Positions 38,728-48,300 of a stretch of 64,000 nt of DNA are shown here, piece by piece; the stretch's first letter is position 1; each line of letters begins with the position of its first letter. Made by a program: the position numbers and the translations under genes. Origin of the DNA: a virus. The notes under the pieces were generated by a model that saw only the letters and a list, made by a program, of their open reading frames with translations, searched no databases and was not told the origin of the DNA. The DNA lies in the IMG/VR virus record IMGVR_UViG_3300020390_000003, positions 8,458-72,457 of that record; one strand, given 5' to 3'.

Positions 38728-39147
38728 CTACAACTCGATTTGTAAATTGATATTACCAGACAAAACGCTTTCAATATCAATGGTGTATCTTAATTCGTGC
38801 CATATTGCAACCTTGTAGTTATTCCATTCCATATACTTTTTTTCTTTGTACTTGTCTTTAACCTCTTTAAGCCTTTCTCTTTTTGCTTTTGGTAGTTTAG
38901 AAGTGCAGAAGTATGCTAATCTCAAATCAACCTTATCCAAGGTTAAAGAATCTCGCCAATGAGATAGTTGTGCGTTTACATCACCTAATTCAAATTCTAA
39001 TCCATCGGCAAAAAGTATATTATCTTTGTACTTTTTTAAAGTGGTTTGTTCAGCTATTTCCGTTATTTGCTTTTCAATAGCTTTAACAGTTGCGTTTGCA
39101 CTAAAGCGTTTTTGTAGTGCTTCTATTAAAAATTTTTGTAATTCCAT
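38728..39147 (-). CDS. Cassette gene, 139-aa hypothetical protein
   Basis: ORF fills the space between inverted repeats 38715-38728 and 39151-39164. Confidence 0.7.
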   Translation of the reverse strand: MELQKFLIEALQKRFSANATVKAIEKQITEIAEQTTLKKYKDNILFADGLEFELGDVNAQLSHWRDSLTLDKVDLRLAYFCTSKLPKAKRERLKEVKDKYKEKKYMEWNNYKVAIWHELRYTIDIESVLSGNINLQIEL

Positions 39148-39161
39148 ACCGTACTATGCAC

Positions 39162-39285
39162 AACACTATATATAATTAATAGCCTGTGTTGTGCTTAATT
39201 TAAAGGCTATTAAGTGTTTAATAATTCAGTTTTAATTCGATAGGCAATCGCTTATTTACGTCTACTAATCATATATTTTAACGTT
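39162..39285. repeat. attC-like site 3
   Basis: AAC-3nt-ATATATAATTAATAG...CTACTAATCATATAT-6nt-GTT; 13/15 complementary. Confidence 0.65.
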
Positions 39286-39313
39286 AGGAAAAATGTCCTA
39301 AAGGCACGTATTG

Positions 39314-39496
39314 CTACGCTTTTAAAATTTGGTCAACCTCATTGTCCGTTAATTGTCCGGTGTGTTCATAGCCTTGCTTTAACCCATATTCTAAAACCTT
39401 TTTAACTTGTAATTTAGTCATAGGCTTACCTTTATGAGTAAAGGCTTTATAACTTCTGTCTAATTGGGTTAAAGCACCCTCAATATCTGCATTCAT
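39314..39496 (-). CDS. Cassette gene, 60-aa hypothetical protein
   Basis: Single ORF between sites 3 and 4. Confidence 0.65.
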   Translation of the reverse strand: MNADIEGALTQLDRSYKAFTHKGKPMTKLQVKKVLEYGLKQGYEHTGQLTDNEVDQILKA

Positions 39497-39536
39497 ATTA
39501 TTAATTTTAAATTCCTTCGCTTGCTCGATTGCCTCT

Positions 39537-39699
39537 AACGGTCAGGGTATGTCTACACATCGACAATCAATATGTGTATTTGCTATTTAAAGACTTACGC
39601 TAAGTCAACTACATCTAACAAAATATATACTCCATAGATGCGTAGCCAATGCTTCTCCTGTGTAGGCTACGCCTCCACGAAGCATATACCCTGACCGTT
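39537..39699. repeat. attC-like site 4
   Basis: AAC-GGTCAGGGTAT...ATACCCTGACC-GTT; internal sequence homologous to site 2. Confidence 0.75.
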
Positions 39700-39720
39700 A
39701 AACCGCCACTAAACTAATCT

Positions 39721-39799
39721 TTAATTTATACTAGATATAATTATAATGCTATTAATTTTCTATTAAATTTGTATTTAGTATAGATTTTGATTATAGAAA
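39721..39799 (+). promoter_or_regulatory. Late promoter
   Basis: TTCTAT-TAAATTTG (-7 at 39764-39771), same motif as 34938-34951. Confidence 0.6.
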
Positions 39800-41323
39800 A
39801 TGGCACAGCAAGGTAATTTTGCAGCATTGCAGCGTTTACAGCCTACTCAGGGCTTATCGCGTGATGTTCAGTATTGGAATAGTGATGCGGCAAGACGCCG
39901 AACTGAGAATCGTATTGATGAAAATATTCAGTATCAACGGGAGCAAGCGCGTAAAAAAGCACAATCAGAACTTTATGATAAATGGGTAAAACCCGGGCAA
40001 ATGTATGATACGGGTAGTGCGTCTTTAAATGAAGTGCTTGCCCGTGGATTAAGCCAAGCGCGTGAACAATATTTGCCTAACCTTCAGATTTTAGAAAACC
40101 CCAATGCTTCGCAAGAAGAAAAGATCAAAGCACGCCTTCGCTTAGATAATCTTAATCAACTTCCTGAGCGTTTTAAAACCGTTACAGATAAATACACCGC
40201 AGAATGGAATGCCTATCAAGAAGCCAAGCAAAATGGCAATGCGTATGATCAGCCGGAACTTGATAAAGCATTTCAAGGTGGTTTTAAAAGCTATGAAATT
40301 GGCCTTGATGATATGGCTAATCCTGTTATTGCTTTTGTAGATAAGAATGGGGATGGCCAAAACGATTTGATAGGTGCACAAACCTTTGATCAAATTAGTC
40401 AAGGTATGCCGCTTTTTGACTGGCAGAAAAAATACAATATTGATACGATGGCAGAAGATGTTGCCAAGCGTATAGGCACCACAGATAAGACCGAAGTAAC
40501 TAATGGCGGTTTTGGTAGCATTCAAGAAAAATCTGCAAACCTTGATGGTATTCGCACAGCCGCACAAAAACTGTTTTATGATGCTAATGGTGGCGCTACC
40601 GAAGTAGCAAAAAGCGCGCTAAGAGAATCCGGATTGAATTATCAAAACCCCACTGCACAAGACTTGCTGCAGGTTGAAGATAGTTTTGTCAAACAAGCAA
40701 TGTCTTATACTGATTATATGCGCAAGGAAACCCTTGATGCTAGTGGGCAAACATCGCGTATGCGTGAGAATCGACTTGCTAGTGGTGATAATCCTAATGC
40801 TGTGATCACCGAGCCGGTAAATCCTTCACAAGAAGTTTGGGGTGATGCTTATAGTACAATTGCGCCTAATGCAAAAAGTGTAGGTGTAAACGGCGTTAAG
40901 TTAAGCGCCATACGTGACGGAGAAAATACCATTACCGATGCCAATGTGCAAAACGTGACTTATGATGCCAATGGCAATATGCTTGTAGATGTGGTTTATC
41001 AAGACATAAAAAGCTCTACGTATAAAGCGAAAGAAGCAAGCATACTAGAACAGCTCGCACAAGCGCAAAAATCTCAGGACGTATTAGAAGAAGCCGGGAA
41101 TACCGAAGAAGCTAAAAAATTTGACGATAAGATACAAGGCTATAATATGGAATTAAATCGACTTTCTACCGGAGCTCAAAACAAGCGTAAAGTAGTACGC
41201 ATACCTAAAGAAGATGAAGCAAGTGTTGCACAACAACTAGGCGGTATTGAAGCGATAAAACAGCGCGTAGGAGTTCAAAATAACACTACCCAAACTAATG
41301 ATCCACTAGGAATATTTGAATAA
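39800..41323 (+). CDS. Internal virion / ejection protein 2
   Basis: Helical Q/A/D-rich 507 aa ending NDPLGIFE; lies between pilot and giant protein. Confidence 0.6.
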   Translation: MAQQGNFAALQRLQPTQGLSRDVQYWNSDAARRRTENRIDENIQYQREQARKKAQSELYDKWVKPGQMYDTGSASLNEVLARGLSQAREQYLPNLQILENPNASQEEKIKARLRLDNLNQLPERFKTVTDKYTAEWNAYQEAKQNGNAYDQPELDKAFQGGFKSYEIGLDDMANPVIAFVDKNGDGQNDLIGAQTFDQISQGMPLFDWQKKYNIDTMAEDVAKRIGTTDKTEVTNGGFGSIQEKSANLDGIRTAAQKLFYDANGGATEVAKSALRESGLNYQNPTAQDLLQVEDSFVKQAMSYTDYMRKETLDASGQTSRMRENRLASGDNPNAVITEPVNPSQEVWGDAYSTIAPNAKSVGVNGVKLSAIRDGENTITDANVQNVTYDANGNMLVDVVYQDIKSSTYKAKEASILEQLAQAQKSQDVLEEAGNTEEAKKFDDKIQGYNMELNRLSTGAQNKRKVVRIPKEDEASVAQQLGGIEAIKQRVGVQNNTTQTNDPLGIFE

Positions 41324-41340
41324 AACAGATTAGCACTTTT

Positions 41341-41574
41341 TTATAAGTTTGTCTTTTCTTCAAAAAACGATAAATCTTTTTTATGCTTTGTTATTTTTTT
41401 ATACTCCAAATCATTTACGTTATTCTTGTTAATTTTATCAGCAATTAAAGTTATACTTTTTACTGTATCGTGATCTAGATTACCACGTCTTACATCCATT
41501 AAAACACCTGTAAGCATTTGGTTTAATTGCTTAGAGTTATTTACTTCAAAATTCAAATCTCTTTTAGCTTCCAT
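41341..41574 (-). CDS. Hypothetical protein
   Basis: Coupled ORF. Confidence 0.6.
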   Translation of the reverse strand: MEAKRDLNFEVNNSKQLNQMLTGVLMDVRRGNLDHDTVKSITLIADKINKNNVNDLEYKKITKHKKDLSFFEEKTNL

Positions 41575-41989
41575 TTTTTAATTCTCTTTTAAGTTTTATT
41601 ATTAATCTTTTTGTTTCAATCATCCCTTTTGGAATTGAATTTTTATTCTTTCTCAATAAATTCGATATGTAATAGTCTGTTAAGTTTCTAGAATGAAATT
41701 TTGAAACGGTATCTTTATCTGATTTCAGTTTGATTTTAGTTCTGGTTTTAGAATATTGATCTTTCCATTTTTGACGATATTCTGAAATATCACATTCCAA
41801 TTCTATACATCTTTTTTTTATTCTATTTAACTCTCCTGTTTTTATGAGGCAAGATTTACAAAAGCTTCTGAAAGAATTATATATTTTCAATTCGCCTTTA
41901 GCGTTTTCTTGCTTTATCTTCTTTATATAAAAAAATTCTTTTGTCTTTGGATAAGACAGATTACACTTTCCACATTTTTTATATTCCAT
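41564..41989 (-). CDS. Zinc-binding basic protein
   Basis: KKCGKC...FF...CKSC; very K-rich. Confidence 0.6.
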   Translation of the reverse strand: MEYKKCGKCNLSYPKTKEFFYIKKIKQENAKGELKIYNSFRSFCKSCLIKTGELNRIKKRCIELECDISEYRQKWKDQYSKTRTKIKLKSDKDTVSKFHSRNLTDYYISNLLRKNKNSIPKGMIETKRLIIKLKRELKNGS

Positions 41990-42260
41990 TTTTTAATGGG
42001 GTTAATGATTCAAGTACCTCGCTACGTTTATAATACACTCGCCTTCCTTGTCCGTAAGCCTTAAGCTTACCGCTTTTCGTACGTTTCCAAAGGGTTGACT
42101 TTGTAATCTGTAATAAATCACAAACCTCATCCCTAGTCATTATCTGCTCAGCTGGCTTGTCTGAATTTTTGGGTTGATGCTGTATGCAAGCTTTTACACA
42201 ATCAACTATGATTGCTTGGAATTCAGACATAGGCAATGAAATCAATACAATTTTTTCCAT
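41979..42260 (-). CDS. HTH_17 / excisionase-like DNA-binding protein
   Basis: MTRDEVCDLLQITKSTLWKRTKSGKLKAYGQGRRVYYKRSEV. Confidence 0.85.
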   Translation of the reverse strand: MEKIVLISLPMSEFQAIIVDCVKACIQHQPKNSDKPAEQIMTRDEVCDLLQITKSTLWKRTKSGKLKAYGQGRRVYYKRSEVLESLTPLKNGI

Positions 42261-42327
42261 AATTATAATTCATTTTTTAAATAGTTTATCAAAACTAATC
42301 TTTAGTTTATACTAATTATAGTAATAG

Positions 42328-42376
42328 TAATACTATAATTCTATTATTTTTGTATTAGATATAATTTTTATTTATA
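42328..42376 (+). promoter_or_regulatory. Late promoter, copy 2 of the 49-bp perfect repeat
   Basis: Identical to 25556-25604. Confidence 0.75.
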
Positions 42377-42380
42377 TAAA

Positions 42381-45300
42381 ATGCAAAATCAAAATACAGA
42401 CCCTGGCAAAAAATTAAGCCCTGCAGATTTTGCGGCTAAAATTAAAACGAAATATCCTCAATACGCAGATATTGAAGATGGTCAACTTATTGATAAAATC
42501 ACGGCTAAATATCCTCAATACAAAGAGCAAATAGATTTTAGTGTAAAAAAAAAAGAACCTTACAAAACTACTGCTACTGCTCCAAAACCTGTATCGGGTT
42601 TGGAAACCACGACCCAAGAACCGGCGAAAAAGGATGGTTCATTGGCTACTACACCACCGGTAGAAATTCAGCAAAATGAAAAGCTTCAAACGCTATTATC
42701 AGAATATGATGCCGCGAAGCAACTCACCCCGGAAGATGAGCAAGAAATAGCACAGACAGTTGAGCAAGAAAGCACTATGAATTTTGGCTTTTTTGACCGT
42801 ATGAAGCAAGCGTATTCCGTAGCTTCTCAAGCCAATCCTTTTTTACCTACTTACAATTATCAAGATCCTAATGCAAAACTGCGCCGTAAATCTGCAGAGG
42901 CCATCGCGCGGGATCAAGAAATTGATGTAAATGAGGTGAGCCCAGAGCAAGTAAATGAGCGTGTGATGCAAGAGCGCACCCGTGAATTGGCACAGCAAAA
43001 GATCGATAATAAAACCGAAGAATTTATCGAATCGCGCAGCGCAGAAACGCAGCAGATATTGAATGAACATTTCAATATTAAAAGTGAAAAACTTACCAAT
43101 CAGTCAAAACGTATTCTTTTAGAGAATGAAGATGCTTATAAGCAAGTTGAAGCCTTAGACGCGCAATTAGAAAGCATCAAAGCAAATCATAGTAAAGACC
43201 AAGAATATACTGAGGAATACTACGCTAATAATCAAAAGTTGGTAGCACAGCGTAATGCCTTAGTTGATCAAATCATCAAGCGCAATGAAACGCTGAATGA
43301 AACGAATGAGGATTTACTTTCAACGCAGAATGAGATCGACTTGTTTAAGCGTAATTATGGCAAGGTTTATAATATGCTTAGCAAGTTTGGAAATGCAACA
43401 GAGGAAATGTCTGCAAACCTTATTGAATTTGGATATCGATTTTCTACGCTTCCTTTACTTGATAATGTACTTCCGGAAGGCACAGAAACCAGTATTGCTT
43501 TTGACGCAATGATGAAGAATATACGTGAAGGTATTGCTGCTGAAAAGGAAACTCTACGACGGCCAAGAGATTTAAGCAACTTGCAAAGCGCTGAAGATTT
43601 TACGGAATGGGCAATGGATCTTGTTGCAGAGCAGACACCTAACACTATTGTTATGGCTTCAACCGGCGGCAGTAGTTCGCTTGCAGTTTTAGGAGCAAGT
43701 GCCGGAGGTGCCAAGTTTAATGAAATGACCGAGGAAGAAAAGAATAGCCTAGGCGCCGTTAACTATACCGAAGCACAAAAATATTTATCGGCAATGGGTG
43801 CATTTGTATTTGAGGCCGGTAGTGAGCGTATTTCATTAGGTCAGATCAGGCAAGCCAAGCGTGTATTTCAAACCATTGGTAGAGATCAACTTAAAGAATC
43901 TGCTTCAAAATATCTTAAAAGGCAGGTTCCAGAATATATACAGCGTGTTACAGAAGAAGGAGGAACAGAAGCAATTGCGCAATTCTCGCAAAATTTAGCT
44001 GATAAATATTATTTAGGTAAGGATATTGATTTAATGCAAGGCGTTGGGGAATCGTTTATAAGTGGTGCGTTTATGAGTGGTGTAATTTATCAAGCACCTG
44101 GTATTTTTAGCGGTATTGCAAAGTCGTTTTCTACTAAAGACAACAATCAGAAAATAGGTGAAAATCTTGCTAAGATCAAGCAGTTTAATGAGCAGTTGAA
44201 CTCAGAATTGTCACCGGAAGTTGCTACTAAAATCGCAGCCAAGCGCGATGCGTTAATCCTGCAAAACAAGAATATCCTTGACAAGTCGATTGCAGATATA
44301 GACGAACTCACTTATGAGCAAAAACAGGAAATCCTTGATATTGAAAATCAAAAGTACAAACTACGCCAAGAGACACAGCGCTTAAACGAAGAATCAAATT
44401 TAAGTGATGATGTACGCAAGCAATTGATTGAAGAAAATGCTGCTAAAATCGAGAAACTAGATGAGCAACGTCAAGGTATTTTATTAGAGCGTGAGCAAAA
44501 CTTTTTGAGCGTACTTCCTGCGGAAGAACAACAAGCCTTAAAAGATCAAGCACAACGTGAGTTGATGGCCGAGTATGAAGCCCAAGGCGTTGAAGAATAC
44601 GAGATCAGCGATCAAGAAATTACCGCGCGCGCAGTAAGCCTATTTGAAAATCAAAATACAGAAACCAATGCCGAAACCCAAGAGACAACCACAGAAGAAA
44701 CGCAGCCAGAGGTATTACCTGCGCAAGATCAAAAAAGTAAAAAAATAAAAGTATACCACGGCACATCAGGCGACTTTGATAGGTTTGATTTCAACAGTGA
44801 ATCTAAAGGATTTGGGCAGCAAGATTTAGGAAAAGGTGTTTACTTCACAGAGTCTAAAGAACGTGCTGACGGCTACCGAAAGAATGCAAATATTAATAAT
44901 AATCTTCCTGCTGAATCAGGTAGAGTAATGGAGGTTTCTATCACGGTAAACAACCCTATTGATATTGCCTCAGAAGAATATGGAAACTTAGAAGAAACTT
45001 ATTCTGATAAAGGTGAACTTAGTCAAGCTATTCAAGATGCAGGATATGATGGTATTGTTTACACAGTAAACGGCAAGAAAAATTATGTTGTTTTTAATGA
45101 AAATCAAATAGAATATTCTAATGAAAGTACACCGGCACAAGATCCTGCAATTGATGAAGATGTTCGACCTGAGCCTTCACAAGACAATAACACCACAGAA
45201 AACCAAGACGTACAACCCACCGTTGAGTCTGAGCCAAGTACAACAGAAGCTCAAACCACTACCAAACGCGTCAACCCAAAAGGTGTAAAAGGGGAATTTG

Positions 45301-48300
45301 ATGTAGAACTTGACACTGATGGTGAAGTTACCCGAGTGATCAGCGTAAAAGACGGTAGAGAAATTCCAAAATTCACCGAGCGTACTAATAAGCGTACTGG
45401 CAAAAAAACAATGGTTCGAAATGCAAACTACTCGCGTATCGCTAATGAGGCCATAGGCCAAAAGACCGAAAACCAATTGCGCGAAGAAGCAAAAGCAAAG
45501 ACCAATGTCGCAATTGACAATTACACACCTACCAATGCGTATGAAGCCGCTTTAGATTACTTTGCTCGTGGCGGTAACATAAGCCTTGCTTCCGCGACTA
45601 AAGAAACAGGATATACCCAAGTAGAAGTTAAATGGGCAGCAGGTTTTAATAAAGACACAGACTTACCAAGCATAGAACGTGCTGCAGAAGGTATTGTTGC
45701 AGAGTCTGATCTTGACCTTGATGTAAATGAAGTACGTAATGAAATCATTGCTATACTTCAAGCCAAGCAAAGTGTTTCTGAGGTACAAAATGAAATTGTA
45801 GCTTTACAAGAAGAAGCAAATGCACGTCAAAATGAAGAAGAACTTTATCAATATTTAGGCACGCTATCAGAGGCACAACTTACTGCATATGAATCACAAG
45901 TAGCAGAAGATACCTATTTAGAACAACTCACTTACGAAGAACAAATCGAATATTATGAAGGACAATACGGCACCCAAGACCAGCGCATTGAAGCAGAAAT
46001 TGAAGGAAACAGGCAAACTAAGCCAGAATCAGAGAGCAGCCCTGCAAGCATTCAAGAACGTTCAAGACCGCAAGGAGAAGAAGAATCCGGGCAGTCAGAC
46101 GATGCCTTCCTAAAATGGCTTAATAAACAAAGTCAGGATCTTGATGATTTTAGCAAAGGCACTTTAGGAATCAACCTTCCGGTGGCCGTTGCGCAAGGAG
46201 CCATTAAAATTGTACGCACCGCATACACCGCCGGTAAAAGTGCAAGCCAAGCCATTAAAGAAGCGCTTGATTATATCAAAGCTACTGATTGGTACAAAGG
46301 TTTATCTAAAAAAGAACAGCGCGAGGTAAATGCTGATCTTGTAAAACGTGCCGTTGTTCAAGAAAATATGAGCGATGAGCAAACCTTTGACTATATAGAA
46401 AAGGAATTTGAAGAAGCTGATAAAGCTTTGGAGAATAAACAACCTGCTAAGAAAAAGCGCCAATCCCTCATTCGTAAATTCATTCAAAAAGTAAGTGATC
46501 GCCAATTCATTTCTAAAAAGTTGGTTGATGAAGTGGGTGCCCAGCAGACTAAAGATGCAATGATCAATAGCCACGGGGCTTCCGGAAAGGCTAAACGCAT
46601 CTTTGATAAGGCATTTTATCAGATATATTCAGACAACCTTTACTACAATCAACAAGGTTTACAAGGTTATAAGTACACTTGGAAACCTATGAGCAATGCA
46701 GATCGTGCAATGCTTGATAAAATCATTCAGCTTAAACGCTTTATTGCTATTGATAAGAACCGTACAGAAAAAGGACTTCCACCGGTAACACACCCGGGAT
46801 TTATTAACGGTAAAATGGCGCAAAAATATTTGAACCACGTTAAGGTAAAACTAGGTGATGAGAAATTTGCAGATATTGAGAAGCGCGCAGCTATTTACTT
46901 CAAAACTTACCACACTTTACTTGAAGAAATGCGTAAGAACGGTTTGATTAGCGATGCTGTTTTTGAAAGTCTTGACGGTCTTGATTATCAACCGCGATTA
47001 TTCTTGCAGCATATTACTGATTTTGAAGGCAATGTTTCATTAGGAGCAGCGCAAAGCGAGAAAAGCGATACCGGCGGTTTATCACAAGACCAGATCAAAG
47101 CGCTGGGAGAAGGAAGCAGCGGCGTTTTGGTACGTAATTCTGAATGGTTGCTTGCAACTTCTATTGTAGCAAGACAACGCGCAATGGCAATGAATACCGT
47201 AAACAAGGTATTTATGACTAAGGAATTTCCTGCTGCAAAAAAACGCTATCAAGAATTAAAAAAGGATATCAAAAACCGCAAGAAGTGGAGCCGCGAAGAT
47301 GAGCGCTTTTACACGTATTTTACGGAGCTCAATAGTAAGATCAAGGATAATCCTATTATCAAGCAGAAAAAGAATACGGAGCAAGAGGTAATTGACGGGA
47401 TGGAGCCTGAATACATCTATACGCGTAAATATGACAAGACACCGGCCAATTTTAAAAAGGCGTATTATTATGAAAACGGTGTGCGTCACGAGTTCTTTAT
47501 TGAAGAAAACTTACATGATGCGTGGTTTGACAATATACCTGGATTTTTAAATGCTAAAGCTAAAGAGTTTCTTGGATATGCTATGGGCGCTTCATTACTT
47601 AAAGGTATAGCGACCGGTAATAACCCGGCATTTGCTTTAGTCAACACACCGCGTGACTACATTTTCAACGTAGTTTTCAGCGATCAATACAGTTCGATCG
47701 TTCCAAAAGCGATGTATCAAGTGGCTAAAGATACGTTTAAAGCAATACGCGAAATCAAGCGTTCTAATGGCAGTTTTGGTGCAGATGGCAGTTTGCTAGA
47801 TAAATACATTTATTATGGCGGTGATATGGCGTTTTTAAGCACACAAGGCCGCTTAAAGCAAAATACCAGACTTGCTAAGACTATTGACAAGCTACTTACG
47901 CCACGGGTGAAAAACATCGCCGGAACCATTTTTAAAGCGGTTACGCTAAGAAAGCTTTCAGAATATAGTGAGGTGATGTTTAGAATGGCGTTGTTTCAAC
48001 GTACTATTAAGAACGAATTAGATGCGCGCGGACTCAAATCTATGAATGCGGTTAAAACCCAAGCAGAAAAAGACCAAATCTATATGCGTGCGGTTGCTGA
48101 GGCACGTAGCTTGCTTGACTTTAATCAAGGCGGTAGTTATACTAAAGATGCCGAAGCTTTTATTCCGTATATCAATACGGCGGTACAAGGTACGCGTGTT
48201 GCTGCAGATGCCTTTCAGAAAAACCCTGATAAAATATTCTTTAAAGTAATGCAATCAGCGGTAATGTTAAGCGGTGCATCTGTATTAGGTTCGCTTGCTT

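Larger units (their letters stand above)
37646..39699. mobile_element. Integron-like cassette array (attI-like site, 4 cassettes, 4 attC-like sites)
   Basis: Alternating GTT...AAC and AAC...GTT segments, each bounded by inverted repeats; adjacent recombinase remnant. Confidence 0.75.

Noticed and set aside
37650-39700. CRISPR array interpretation of the repeats
   Set aside because: No identical 25-45 bp direct repeats with uniform spacers and no cas genes; the repeats are long imperfect palindromes separating whole ORFs
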